From Schizochytrium sp. TIO01 (lineage: Eukaryota; Protista; Bigyra: Labyrinthulomycetes), in NCBI GenBank assembly GCA_004764695.1, contig SMSO01000035.1:2604001-2668000 (forward strand): a stretch of 64,000 nt of DNA, read 5' to 3'. The notes beneath the pieces are model-generated. The model ran no database searches, was not told the DNA's origin, and saw only the letters and a list, made by a program, of their open reading frames with translations. Position numbers and translations under genes: made by a program. Shown here one piece after another: positions 45,474 to 58,265 of the stretch. Every line of letters begins with the position of its first letter. The first letter of the stretch is position 1.

Positions 45474-46307
45474 TTAAAACCTTTGTTTGTAAGCTGTCCC
45501 TCCCTTTTGAAATACCATCGAGCTACACAGTGGAGATTCAACTGAGCATTGGCATTTCTTCTTCTTAACCTGTTGATAGATAGATGACAGAGCTCGAACT
45601 CCAGAGTTAATCGATTCACATCCTGCAGTCGTTGTTACATTGACACGTTGGCACCCCATCTTCAATCCTTTTAATTCAGGATCAATCACTCCTCCTCTGC
45701 AGTTAGTGCATTCAAGGAGGCCTGGGATGCCACGGCTCTCACAAGTGTCATCGGAGACTGCGCCTCCAGCACCTTCGATGTGGCAAGGGTTGCGCCTGCA
45801 GCCATATTCAACGCCGTATGTATCCGCATCTTCCTGAGTGAACCAATTGCAGAGACCATAGGTAGCCTGAATGGTGCATTCACCATTGTTCAGCTGTGCA
45901 CAAGGGCTTCCAATGCAACGATTTGAACCTGCGCTGAGGTAATTGCAAGGCGTGTTTAAGTACTGCTCCTCAGTAATGTTCCCAGCTAGATAGTATTCAT
46001 ACCTGGCAGGGGACTCCCTGTAATGACATGCATCCGGATTCCCATCAAAAATAGCGCATACTGTGTCCCACTCAGTGACCTCAGCAAGCTGGTCAATAGC
46101 ATTCTTGCGAAGGCTCCACCATGAATCCTTAATTTCATAGCAAGCAGGATTATTGGGGAGAGTAGGTGCAGACGTAGGTGAAGAAGTTCCATCATCTGAC
46201 TGAGTTGTAGTAGAGCTCTTGCGGCGGCGACGCCGGCGTTTTCCAGCTTCAGAATAGGCTATAGCAACTGCAAGGAACAAAACTGCGAGGAATTTGAGCC
46301 AACGCAT
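45474..46307 (-). CDS. Secreted cysteine-rich protein, 277 aa
   Basis: Signal peptide MRWLKFLAVLFLAVAIAYSEA, KRRRRRRK tract, SPTSAPT linker, many Cys. Confidence 0.85.
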   Translation of the reverse strand: MRWLKFLAVLFLAVAIAYSEAGKRRRRRRKSSTTTQSDDGTSSPTSAPTLPNNPACYEIKDSWWSLRKNAIDQLAEVTEWDTVCAIFDGNPDACHYRESPARYEYYLAGNITEEQYLNTPCNYLSAGSNRCIGSPCAQLNNGECTIQATYGLCNWFTQEDADTYGVEYGCRRNPCHIEGAGGAVSDDTCESRGIPGLLECTNCRGGVIDPELKGLKMGCQRVNVTTTAGCESINSGVRALSSIYQQVKKKKCQCSVESPLCSSMVFQKGGTAYKQRF

Positions 46308-49300
46308 CGTGTAATACACAGCAAATCTGAATTATAATTGCTTGTTTCTGAATCTTGCCTTTTGTGATTTGGTGATTTGGTTCTGCCTTCGACTCTCCAA
46401 GCTTTGTCATTATGAACTCTGTCATTATTTTGTTGGTTCGTTTATTAACTTGACAGCTCTTTTGATTAATTACATGACAGATAAGCTCTCCGCGCCTTCG
46501 TTCTAAAATTTATCTTCATCCGCGCCATAAGGCTGTTAAAGTTAGCGAAACACAAGGTAATTAGAGTTTATAAGTTTCCACTATATGAGACTATATAACC
46601 CAGTACCGTCCCGGAGTCAATACCTAGCTAAAGGACTCTTGCTGAAGATCATGAATGCTTTGCTGCGTACCCTGATTCACTTTCAGGTAGGTAGCCTATA
46701 TCCCGCGCCCGCATACTGGCTTGAGCCGCGGTGATGCAACTATTATATTTACTTGTACTTTAGCACTTCAAGCGCGGAAGATTGAAAAGGTGTGCGCCCT
46801 AAGAATGTTGACCAACTTGAACTTTAAATACAGGTTACTGTATGAGTGTGATAATTTTGCGCCTTTAAACAGTACAGCATGTTCCTACGCTTATGAAACT
46901 TCGAAAGGCGGATACGCGCTGTCCACGACAACGATAATTATTCTAATATTTGGATGCTATCTAGACTCTTCCGATGTAAAAAGTTAGTAGTACTAGGAGG
47001 TACCTACCACAATCTTGTTTTCTCCATGTTCAGTATTTCCAGTCCTTTTCGAATAGAAAGATTGAGTCAAGCATGACTTCTCTTTCTTTCATTATATATA
47101 TCATTTTTATTTTTTTATCGTTAAAAGTTTGTACTAGGAAGTTACCTACCTACCTAATGCTGATTATATCATGATGTCGAACTTGAGTAGGTACTCGCGT
47201 ACTTCGAAAAAAAAACGTATACTGAAGAAAGAGCAATTGTCCAATATACTACGCACTATGTAAATTACGGCAAGACCAGGAACATGTCCAACTAAACATG
47301 TAATGACGTATGTTTTTATCAAGGTGATTAGCATCGTTTAAAATATACATTTCATGAAATTTATTCATGAAATGAAACAAAGAAATATGATCAGTTTTGC
47401 ACAACAACGTGGCAGCGGTAGAGTATACTTGCCTCTCTTACAAGATTAGCATAGTTGTAATATAGATGAGTATCGTTGAGAATGTACTACGTGCAAGAAG
47501 CTGCCCCTTTACAATCCAGTGGTATCGTTCTTGTTTGCATTCTCTTTTTGTCTGTATTCGCATATAGCATTCCCCACTAACTTCATTCTGCTAGGATTGC
47601 AAAACGAATAATAATGCTGACCAGATATTACTCGAATCGCTGGTATACAATCGTAAGGTCAACATTTAATTATGATTTATTTAGGCAATCAAACGTATGA
47701 TTGTAATTCACGAAAAGCAAAATCATAGATAGACATTCAAGCGAAAGCTGAAAAGCAAAAGCAGAATAACTCCTTTGATCCTGCGCAAAGCAGATCAAAT
47801 TTATCTCAGTCTTGTTGTGATGTGGACTAGTCTAACATCGGAGTCATTGGTAAGATCAAGACATTACTGACACTTGAAGTCTAATGTTCAAAGCACTCCT
47901 AACTTTTTGATAAGCTTGAAGCATCTTGGCATTATGCGCGAGTCAATTTATAGCTCTGATCACATCGTAACATTAAGCACGTAGTGTCCGACTTCATGTC
48001 GTTTACAAACACTATACTCTGTTCACTAACCTAATTTTTATGGCATAAATTATGTAGAATTCAATTGAAGGCTTTCTCTGACTTCTGTATGACCTTGCTA
48101 CAGGTCGACACACAATGTAAGGACCAAACTGTTATGCTCTGATTACAGGCGAATTTGGTATGGATTGGACGATAATCCAAGTTTGCTTGTTTGGTTAACC
48201 TTATAAAGAGAATGAGATGATCTACGTCTACATGAGTTACTCTATGTAGGTGCTGTCGTACAATTAAAAAAATCTATTAATAATATTAGGAGGGCAGGTT
48301 TATATAACATTTCAAAAGACAAGCGTTTCAATCCGATTTGCCATCCTAAAGCACCTATACTTGTATCGTGATCAAGGTTCGCCTCTACATCTCCTTGCAC
48401 CTCGTTTCATTATGCCTATTATGCTGTATCAGTTTTTGTTTAGTTCTATATGCACAAAAATTATGTGCCAAGGTTTCTAGTTGTGTAACTATCGCGGTCA
48501 AGCCACTTTTTAGACCACTTCATTGCTGATCCGTTACAAGGACGAGGGGAATACAAAGCAGTAAATATGACACAATGTTGAAATATATTGACAAGAGCTT
48601 TCTCCAATATCCTTTTACTGGTAAGCTTGTTACTAATTTGTCTGTCGCTTATATTTCCGGATGAAAACACGTTTAAAATTGTCACAAGCAAGGTTGGTAA
48701 AACATTGATGTGAATCTGACCGCCATGAGGTTGTGCCTAACTGGGTCATTGGAGTTTGTCTGAAGTGGGAGCTTGACTCTCTTTCTTCACCAAATTGAGA
48801 GCGGCTTTAGAACTAAGCAACCATGGCAAACTAGCTGGTGCCCTGGGTCGCGTCGGTTCACAATTCATTGATTTCTTGGTTTTTTGCTCTCCATACCTTG
48901 TGTGCTTCTGCACCCGGCTTTTCCATGTATTTACTCTACCGACTCTATAATTCTTTCCTCCTTTAAGCACCAGCAGTAGAGTAGGGTATTTCTTGCAGCC
49001 TCCAGAGATGACAGGCATTAAGAGAACAAAGGTGGGGTGTGAGGTCAACGAATTTATATCGCCTCTACAAAATTGATGTTTTTCTTAACGTCTTCGTTGG
49101 AATGCATTTCAATGCGAAACTGTGCACCCAGTTCATCAGCCTTGTGAGACATATTTCAGGTATTCTGCGGGCATTTGCATTTGCCGAATAGTTGCCCAGC
49201 ACGGCCAAGATGGAGTTAAGTCGACTCGTGTAGCAAATCAAAAGAGAAATCGTAAAGGTGGTTGAAAAGTGAAGAATGTCTCTCGGCATCCCCACTTTCA

Positions 49301-50164
49301 GAAATGGCACTCTGACGGCAGAGTTTGAAGTTAGCGATAACTATAAGCCACAGGCCTGCAATAATAGTCTTTTTAATTTTTAATTTTTTTTTTTTAAATC
49401 GGTGCAATTCAACTTGTGGAATGCACGATCGCACACCTTTCGAGAAGAACAAAAAAAGCAAGTGTCTGATCCCTCTCGGGATACCCAAGTTGCAAGTGGT
49501 GGGCAGAATTTTGGAGTCGTGTTAATTTTCATGGTTTTCCGCACCATACGGCCTATCAATGAGCTCTGAAAGGAACCACAATCAACAATCGCAAAGTCAT
49601 CTTACTTGGTGCATGACTTAAATAAAATTAAAATAATTTTTAAAATATTTTTTTAATGGACGTGTTACCTGGGAGGCACCGGGCGGACAATTTCTTAAAT
49701 GAGTGAATGCTCTCTACTCAGAGGTGGAAACCAGTACCAATGCAGAACTCCACTATCATAGTTATTGTATACTTCATCATATGCAAGCTTGAAATTGTCG
49801 AGGTGGAGACACTATCAGGTACTAGGGAATATGAGTATATTGCTGGCTATTTGCTTCCTTTTGACAGTTTTGTTTGTGCACTTGTAAAATAAAATGGTCG
49901 TCTGAATTTTCACTGTGGTACATCCTTTCGACTCTCCTTAATTCTTTAGAGTTGTACGTAGAAAAGTTAATGTTGCATTGCACTCAGATGTGGTTTTCAG
50001 AGTGAACCATGCTTTTTAGAGTGTTCTTGGCTTGGATTTCTTTGAAAAGTTGAGCCGACCGCAAGTAAAACCAAAACCAAAACGAAGAACGAACTCAAAC
50101 CCAGATACTAGAACCCAAGAGAGAGCAAGGAGAACAGCGCGGGAAAGTGCTTCCCATTGGTAGG

Positions 50165-52270
50165 ATGCGGGCATCTGCAACTATCTGTGTGGTGGTCTTG
50201 CTGATTGCCTCTCTCTGCAGCGAGGGAAATGCAAATCTACCTGAAGTTCATGACATCTCCTTTCGCGGCCTGAAGAACACCAACAGCAATGGCAATGGCA
50301 ATGGCAATGGCAATAGTAACACTCCTGCAAAAGAGGAGACAGCCACTGAAGATGACAGCGAAGATGATACTAGCAGTGACGATGAAGAAGAAAGTTCGAT
50401 TAGCGAAATGAGCGACTACGTGTGCAAGAAGCTCAAGGAGAAGAATGTCAACAAGTTCATTGAGTATGCGTACGACTTTGTTAAAGAGTGCACAGACACA
50501 ACTGATGATAGCACAGACAACAGCACCGATGTAGGTGCAGGCGACTCTTTCATCATTAGCTCGGAGGCATCGGAATTCTGGGATATTATCTTTGATCCTG
50601 CTGCTTATCTCTCTGAATCTCTCATGTGCCAGTCATCTTGTCTAGATGTCATTTATCAGACTGATAGTGACGCTGATACTCTTTACAAGTATGCATCGCA
50701 GATTTTTGATGTCTGTGCTGGCGTGAATGTAAAGAATCGCGAAGCCTTTCTTGAAACAGTCCTCCCCGGTGACGTGACCTGGGAAGAAGTCATCGAAAAC
50801 TATGAGGATCTTCGTGAGGCCATTTCTGATTGTGCTCCATCTGACCTTGATGAAGAAACCCGTACTGCGTGCCAGACTATCTCCAGCAACTACAACACTT
50901 ATTTGGCGACCACAAGAGGCACACAATGTAGTGCATTGCGTGCCAACCTCACCACACAGGCTCAAGTGAAAGCATTCTGTGTCGCGAAAAAAATTAACAG
51001 CTGCGAGGAGGATATCGAAGACTATATTAAGAAATTAGTGAAAGCAGGCTGCGATGATATGGATTTGGTGACAGAACTTCGTGCTGATATCGCAGGGGTG
51101 TGTGACACCGTTGGGAATGAATATTGCTATCCAACTTTTCAGAATTTTACCAAAGAAGACCTTTACGAGAACATCGAGACCAAACTTGCGGCTAATGATA
51201 CCGAAACTGCCCAGGAACTTATTGATGATGCATGTGATTCCAAATGCTTCCGTAAAGTTGCCAAAGAGTATGATTTGTGGAGTCGGAACCCGTGGGGTCT
51301 TGATCTTCTCTGCAAGGGCGATAACTCATGCTTTCTCAAGTTTCTGCAAGCACTGATGACCGATGACGATACTGAACGCGCTGAGCTTGTATGCGGTAGC
51401 CGCTGCTTCAATAAAATTGCCCGGTCGATTATCGCCAGTGATGACATCTCAGATGACGTTAAGGAAAGTCTTAAAGCGATGACTAAGTATCTCTGTCTCG
51501 AAGACAGTGAAGATACCGAAGATACAAACAACAGTGGCAACGTACAGTCATGTTTAAGCAAGGTTTCGGAGGCGGAAGCCAACGTGACTGAAGCATGTGC
51601 CGATGTTTACTCTGGAACATGTTCGTCAACATGCAAGGCAGCCCTTCCTGGCTGGGTCAAGAATAACATCCACACTTGCTGCATTTCCACTGCACTTAAC
51701 TACCGTGCTGCGGTTTGGGATGAGGACGCAGCAACTTCCAGTGCTGCATTCTGGTCCAATCTAACCGCAGCCTGCGAGATCACCATGGACGAAACGTGTT
51801 CGATTTCAAGCCCAGATTATCGCCGCCGACGCGGGTTCCGGCTTTGCGGCATTTCTGCATCTCTTTTGAACACTACTGAAGCGCTTGACGCTCTTACGGA
51901 TGACATTCTTGCAGCTTACGGCATTACCGAGGACAACCTTTTAAATCTCTCTGTACAAAACGCGTCTAGTGGATGCTCGAACACCACCAGCTCGAACCGC
52001 CGCATGCTTTCTGATGTAGATGGTGCCGAAGTCACATATGACCTCCAGGGTCAAAGTGACGACGATGTAGACAACATTGTCAGCTCTCGCGACTCGAGCA
52101 TTTCCTTCGACAGCACCACTCGTGTTCTCCCTGACGCAATGTCTGGTGTAACTGCTGAAGAATACGAGGCCGACACAACGGCTACACCGAGTGCCCCATC
52201 TTCTGCTTCCACATCAAAATTGATTTCAGTTTTTGCATTGGCCGCAACGGTGCTTTTCTTGCGCATCTAA
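50165..52270 (+). CDS. Acidic Cys-rich surface protein, probably GPI-anchored, 701 aa
   Basis: Signal peptide, NG repeat, D/E tract, helical Cys-rich repeats, RRML motif, S/T/A linker, hydrophobic C-terminus (ISVFALAATVLFLRI). Confidence 0.85.
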   Translation: MRASATICVVVLLIASLCSEGNANLPEVHDISFRGLKNTNSNGNGNGNGNSNTPAKEETATEDDSEDDTSSDDEEESSISEMSDYVCKKLKEKNVNKFIEYAYDFVKECTDTTDDSTDNSTDVGAGDSFIISSEASEFWDIIFDPAAYLSESLMCQSSCLDVIYQTDSDADTLYKYASQIFDVCAGVNVKNREAFLETVLPGDVTWEEVIENYEDLREAISDCAPSDLDEETRTACQTISSNYNTYLATTRGTQCSALRANLTTQAQVKAFCVAKKINSCEEDIEDYIKKLVKAGCDDMDLVTELRADIAGVCDTVGNEYCYPTFQNFTKEDLYENIETKLAANDTETAQELIDDACDSKCFRKVAKEYDLWSRNPWGLDLLCKGDNSCFLKFLQALMTDDDTERAELVCGSRCFNKIARSIIASDDISDDVKESLKAMTKYLCLEDSEDTEDTNNSGNVQSCLSKVSEAEANVTEACADVYSGTCSSTCKAALPGWVKNNIHTCCISTALNYRAAVWDEDAATSSAAFWSNLTAACEITMDETCSISSPDYRRRRGFRLCGISASLLNTTEALDALTDDILAAYGITEDNLLNLSVQNASSGCSNTTSSNRRMLSDVDGAEVTYDLQGQSDDDVDNIVSSRDSSISFDSTTRVLPDAMSGVTAEEYEADTTATPSAPSSASTSKLISVFALAATVLFLRI

Positions 52271-52678
52271 GCTGTTCAAATTTCCAATACAGCTAATTTG
52301 ATTGGAAATCAACTCAGTCTAGCAAATCTTCAAATAACTAAAAGGAGTACCCCATCACAGTTCACAATCTCAAGAATGCGGTGTATCCAGTTTACTACTC
52401 TGAGTGATATCCACCATGCTACAGAGGATATAAAGTTTTGAACATAATTTATCATTTGTACGCAAATTTCAAGAAAATATCAACAAAATTACTACAGAGC
52501 ATAAACAAAAATAGAATTTCTTTTTCTTGTCTGATCGTTGCTGCACTTTCCGCGCAGTCAATAGGCTAATAATGTACAAGCCGGCTATACTTGCAAGTCT
52601 TAATTTAAAAATGGACACATAGCACAACTGTTTAGATGCCTTTGCATTTATCCATATCCTGCTTGTTTGCAGTTTTCA

Positions 52679-53104
52679 TTAGGGCTGAGTGCCTCGAATG
52701 CGCTGTTCGGTCGAGAGACCCGAGCGCAAAGTCTTGCGACCAGTACGGGGAGGATTTGCGGGTTTGCTTCCACCCTCGCCTTCGCTAGCGTCTTGCTGTG
52801 CAGCTCTTGCTGCCTCCATTTTCTGAAGCTCTTTGATATGATCAAACTCTGCAATGTCCTCCTGTGAAAATTCATGAACGCAAAAAACATGATTGTTAGC
52901 AAGACGCTTCAAGAATGTGTTGCCAAATATCATGCAACATCATTTAAGATCATACTTCCCTGTCACAAAAGGCGCACCAGTGTGGACCAGTGGATTTACC
53001 TAAAAAGCATTCTGTATTCTGGTTCAAATGATCTCACAGATAGTTTCTGCATGCTTGAGACTTACCTGCTTAAGCTCGATACGTGTCGGTTTGCGGCGAA
53101 GCAT
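52679..53104 (-). CDS. CDC26: Anaphase-promoting complex subunit CDC26/APC12, 73 aa, 2 exons (53104-53066, 52861-52679)
   Basis: Spliced product MLRRKPTRIELKQ|EDIAEFDHIKELQK matches the conserved CDC26 N-terminus (MLRRKPTRLEL..DD.EEF). Phase-0 intron GTAAGT..GCTAAC..CACAG. Confidence 0.92.
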
Positions 53105-53299
53105 GATGTTAGGTTTTCAAAGAAAAAAACACTGAGAAACTTAAGGGCACCACAGCTCTGGAAGTACAAGCCTACGTGCTATATATACACAAAGAGGGGG
53201 ATCCTTGCGTAACCTCCAGAGTTCACCTCGGAGAGCTGTGAAGTGAAAGCAGATTGGGCTCTGGACTCGGCTTTCTCCGTTTCACTGCCAACAGAAGAA

Positions 53300-53371
53300 G
53301 GAACATTCGGAACCTGAGGAACACTTTGTGCAAAAAATGAAAAGTTCGGGAACTTTAGGAACGTTAGGAAT
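53300..53371. promoter_or_regulatory. Two triplets of GGAA(C/T) with 9-bp periodicity upstream of CDC26
   Basis: Copies at 53300, 53309, 53318 and 53349, 53358, 53367. A regulatory role is inference. Confidence 0.3.
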
Positions 53372-54376
53372 TTTACCTTGGTTTTGTCATCGAAATTCAG
53401 AAGTGATGTTTTAATATCTACACTCTAAACGTTACGGTATTTTAACGCCGTGCTCACCCCTTGACTCTTTATGTGCTTTCGAATGCTTGGTCTAGGCTCT
53501 GCAGTTCATAGGCTTGTATGTTTTGGCTTGAGTCGTAACTAAGTGAAATGATCCCTCGGACATGTAGAGCCACAAGCTGCCCAGGTTTTTTGAGTATTTT
53601 AAACAAATCAATACTTCTACTCGCCCACTTACATTGAACTCTACTTCTTAAATGAAGCATACCAGTAACAACGATAATGGGTTTCTTGATCTCGCAATCG
53701 ACGTCCTTGCGCTCTCGATCGATATCTTCTAGGCTATGTTGTGCTGCACTCTCTGTCTGCAATCTTCTCTGAACCAACAAAGCATTCGCAAATTAAGTAG
53801 CTGGCATATTGCGTAGTAGCCTAATTTTATAATAAACCAAAACAAAGTTCGAGGGCTATGCTTTCATTCAGGATTTGATTCACTCAAAGAAAGAGTGGGT
53901 TCTTGGAATGAAGCAATGGCTGTGTAAGCATTTAGGTGGTGAGAGTGCTTATGATATGATATTACAGCTCTATAAGGCGTCAGGCACTACCCTACAACTT
54001 ACCTGCCAACTCAGATACTCTTCCTTTTGATCCTTTGCCTGGCAAAACCCCAAGAGGGTAAATCAAAGACTTATCTTAACATCTTGTAACTGGATTGTTC
54101 CATATCTCGAGGATTTGACTGCCACATGAAGACCTGAAGCGATTGTAAAGGAAGACACCAGCATTTAGTCATACACTCCGTATTGACTGCCTCGAGCATG
54201 GCCCCAAATCATTAGTTACGCACAGTACCCGCCACTTCAGCGTGGCCGCTGAAGTCTAGCTCAGCCGCAGCATTTGAGCTGACCCAGTCTCTCATAATTT
54301 ATAGTCAGCTATCAATCATCAGGCAGTTCTTCTTACTTCATGCCTCGGATTCCTATGAATTAACTCGTCAGAACCT

Positions 54377-54412
<36 letters not shown>

Positions 54413-54522
54413 ATAATAATAATAATAATACTAATACTAATACTAATACTAATACTAATACTAATACTAATAATACTACTAATAATACTACTAATACTAC
54501 TACTAATACTACTGCTGCTGCT
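54377..54522. repeat. Compound microsatellite (CTA)n/(TAA)n/(ATACTA)n/(CTG)n
   Basis: Read directly. Confidence 0.95.
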
Positions 54523-55227
54523 AAACCCTTTTACCACTTGAGTAAAAGCTCTTTACTTACTGCATAATTGAATAATAACCGCGACCAAAAACATTCCTTC
54601 GCTAGAACTGTCTAGGCAAGCCGCCTACAGCTAGCTGCGCCTGATAGGAGCTGGGAGTCCTACCTTCTATGTAATGAATAAAAACGCATCGCTTGTTAGC
54701 AGTAGCAGCTACTAGTCAGTAGGAGCGATGGATTTGTTTAGATAGGCACCTGGTAACTAAACAGATAAATAAATAGATAAATAAATAAATAAGTGCGTAT
54801 TAGGTAAGTAGGTAGGTAGGTACCTATTAGTTGGAGTAAAAGACAGGACATAAGACCGCCGTTTGGATTGCGTCTTCAAGGCAGCCGAGGCGCACTCAGG
54901 TAGGCTCTTGCGGGTTTGGAGCGTTGGCTGCTAGTTTTGGGGGGTTTTCTTGGGCCAGGCTGACGAGGGTGTCCCGCGAAGCTTGGCGTTCCTAGACTGG
55001 TTTGTGTGGCCACGCAAACTTCTCAAACGGCAAATTGCGGATTTCAAGGCGCCGCAGTACAACTTGAGATTTAGAGCTTGATACAAGTATAGCAGGGCAG
55101 CCTTTCTCTGCTCTTGTTCTTTCTTTGTCCCTTTCAGGTTTGATATTAGTAGATACATAGCTATCTATTCAATAAAAAGAATAAGTAGATAGGCACCTAA
55201 TAGCTACTATTAGTAGGGAACTTGAAC

Positions 55228-55229
55228 AT

Positions 55230-55292
<63 letters not shown>

Positions 55293-55316
55293 TTTTATTT
55301 ATTTATTTATTTATTT
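55228..55316. repeat. (ATTT)n microsatellite
   Basis: Read directly. Confidence 0.95.
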
Positions 55317-56107
55317 GTAAAAAGTGATTAACAGTTTTATAAAATGAGATGTTTTCAAGGTATCAGTATGTGCTCAACTTTCTTCTTGAAAGCATTGCAT
55401 GAGGTCAGAACGCAAGGTATTCGTGAGGCAGGAAAGCTGAGGCAACTCGCCTGCGTGAATGAACGATGAGTACAAGTGCATGCCGCGTGCCAGCACTGGG
55501 CCCTGTCGGAAGCTAGAAACAGCCAGCTTAGCTTGGCTGAGGAACTTACAAACGAAGCTTTTCTTTCCCGCATCGTTGAAAAGGTTTTCAACCTGTTTTG
55601 TTTTATATTTATCTTTATAAATGATTATGATTCTTCTTTTTTCTTTTCTTTTTCTTTTTCTTGTTTAGTCACTGTGCAAGTTCAAAGTAGTTTCATAGTT
55701 AGCTACTGAGTGAGTTAGCGAGTGCCTGGTGCATAACCAAAGTTAAGTAACTTCTAATGGGGAAGTTTGACATTAGTATTTTGGAATGATAGTGGAATAC
55801 TATGGAGGAAATAAATAAGTGAACTTTCAGATTGGAGAAAATGAAAGCATGATCATCCTTTCTCTGAGCAGTCCTCTTTCTCGCTAGGTGTACCTAGGCA
55901 GTGCGCCAACCAGCGACCTTCTCAGGGTCCACCAAGCCTCCTCGCAGACTCTGCAGCGGGCTCGAAGTTCCGTCGTCCTGTATATCGAAAAAAACTCTAC
56001 TCATCGCAGCTACTTAAGTGTCCTGTTACAGAGTACGTATCTCTTCTAACCTTGACCAGCGACTTCGAAGCTAATTCCGTTCGCAGCTCTGCTATCTAGA
56101 GGCCACG

Positions 56108-57832
56108 ATGACCGCCCGGGGGCTTATGGTTTGTGCCAGCAGGCAGCATGTCGGCAAGACAACTTCTTCGTTGGCAATTACGTCGGGTCTCCTGAAGCGT
56201 TTTGATGTAAGTGCAGAGATGGATAATTTCTTGGATTAGACTTCGTATCTATGTTAAGATAGGAAGTTAGTTGTAAATCAGTCTTTTTGTTGTAAACGGA
56301 TGTAGAGAGCTTATGAGCAGCGTGGCTTTAAGTCAAGCAAATATACGTGTGATTGTACATGTGTAAAGAGGATATTGAGCGAGTAAAACTTGCTCAGCTC
56401 TATCTTCTTTATGACGCATTTCTATTGCTGAGGTGGGGAGAGAGATCCGAATTTAGTTGAATGGGTGACTGACTGACTTGGTTTGCACAACTCTAATATG
56501 CAAATTTCCGGCACATCTTGTTGGTGATTACTTACTTAACAAAATTTAATGGGATGCATCTGTTGGGCTGGGTTGGTATTTTCGTTTATACGCAGAAAGT
56601 TGGTTTTATCAAGCCTGTCGGTCAGCGCCATGTGCGCGTGGGCCCCGAAATGCTCCCAACCGGTGCGAAGCAGAGCCTCCGTGTAGACAAAGATGTTGTG
56701 CTCTTTAAGGAGCACTTCAACTTGGAGACATGTGAGTACCAGGAGATGAGCCCAGTTGTGATTCCTGCAGGATATACGCGTGAATTCCTCGATGGTAACA
56801 TTAAGGAGGAAGACCAGATCAAAGCTATTAAGGAGTCATACGCTAGCATTGCCTCAAAGAACGAATTCGTTGTGGTAGAAGGCACGGGTCACTGTGGTGT
56901 GGGCAGCATTGTCAATATGGACAATGCACGGGTTGCATCTATCCTTGGTCTCGACATCATCTTTGTTGTTAACGGTGGTCTTGGTTCAGCTTTCGACGAG
57001 CTCGCTGTAAGTTTCACTTTTATTTAAACTCACTCACAGCAGGAGTGAACTTGCCAACCAAAGAAGAGCTCCAGTTAGTTACAAGGCTGGACACAACAAA
57101 AAATTCATTTTAAAAAAGACAACTAACTCTTTATGCTGATAATGTTCATTTGTCCATATTTCTGCGTGGGATTCTTAGCTTAATCGCCTGATGTGTGAAC
57201 ACCACGGCGTGAAGATTCGTGGAGTTTTGGTCAACAAAGTCAAGCCAGACAAGCTCAACATGATTACAGAATATTTCTCCAAAGCATTAAGGAGGTGGAA
57301 CATCCCTCTCGTTGGTGTTGTGCCCGACGCCTCTTACCTGTCCGCTCCTACTATGGTTGACTATGAGCAGCTTTTCTCTTCCAAGCTCATTTGCGGTGAG
57401 GAAAGCAAGCTGAGCCACTTCAACCAAACCACTCTAGTTGCTATGGAGCTTAGCCGCTTCATGGAGCGTCTTCACAACGAGAGGCACTCCAAGACTCTTT
57501 TCGTGACCCACATGTCTCGCGTGGACATTATCCTAGGTTTCATTGCACATGGTGCAGTTCATGAGGAGATGTGGGGCGCTCCATGGCGTGCTGGCCTTAT
57601 CTTGGCTGGCGAGCCCAAGAGCAATCTTAAGATTGACGAGTCTCTTATTGCTGCTATCAAAGATCAGAAGAGCCCTATTCTCCATGCCCCGGTATCCACC
57701 TACGATGCCATGCTGCAGCTGACAAACTACACCGCCAAGCTTTCCGCGCTTGACAAGCAGCGTACCACGGCCGCTATCAACCACTATGAGCCTTACATCA
57801 ACTTTGATGCTGTTCTCCGTGAGGCGGCTTAA
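56108..57832 (+). CDS. AAA_26 (BioD-like) + DRTGG-like protein (phosphotransacetylase N-terminal region without the PTA catalytic domain), 387 aa, 3 exons (56108-56206, 56596-57006, 57179-57832)
   Basis: P-loop QHVGKTTSS, KVGFIKPVGQ, VVEGTGHCGVGS, GGLGSAFDELALN, GVLVNKV, SRVDII. Both introns are GTAAGT..AG, phase 0, and keep the frame. Confidence 0.88.
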
Positions 57833-58265
57833 GCTAAATAGATAAAGAAGCTGCGAACTCCTCATTATTTACAAGAATCCTGCGCTGCCCGGTCTGGGCA
57901 ACAGTCACACTTCATCCTAGAGAAGACATATACGCGTCCCCACAATGTAGAGAACAGAACTAAAGAGTCTATGACAAACCTACCTCACCATTCATACAAT
58001 ACGTTTATTTCATAAAATAAAATAAAATAAAACACGGAAAACTGGGGATGCGTGTGCGTACATGGTTTGTCTGTTCATTTTGATCTCTTTCAACATCTTA
58101 TAAATCCGCGTTGGAAACAACTCAAAATCCCTGCATTTGCTTCTTAACATATATTACATATTTTAGTGGATGATCAAACGCCTGTCTATTGAAGATCTTA
58201 CGTCTTCAAATACTATTTGAGAACAAGCTTTGCAAAAAAAAATAAATAATGAACGCGGTAATGAC

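Noticed and set aside
46000-46013. TACCTGGCAGGGGA, matching the 5' region of vertebrate U1 snRNA
   Set aside because: It lies antisense inside a protein-coding ORF, and the downstream U1 loops and Sm site are absent.
54319-54537. Ser/Ile-repeat ORF
   Set aside because: Translation of the CTA/TAA microsatellite.
56518-57027. Separate 169-aa and 213-aa proteins in the ORF track
   Set aside because: They are exons 2 and 3 of one spliced gene; the extra ends of the 169-aa ORF are intron sequence.
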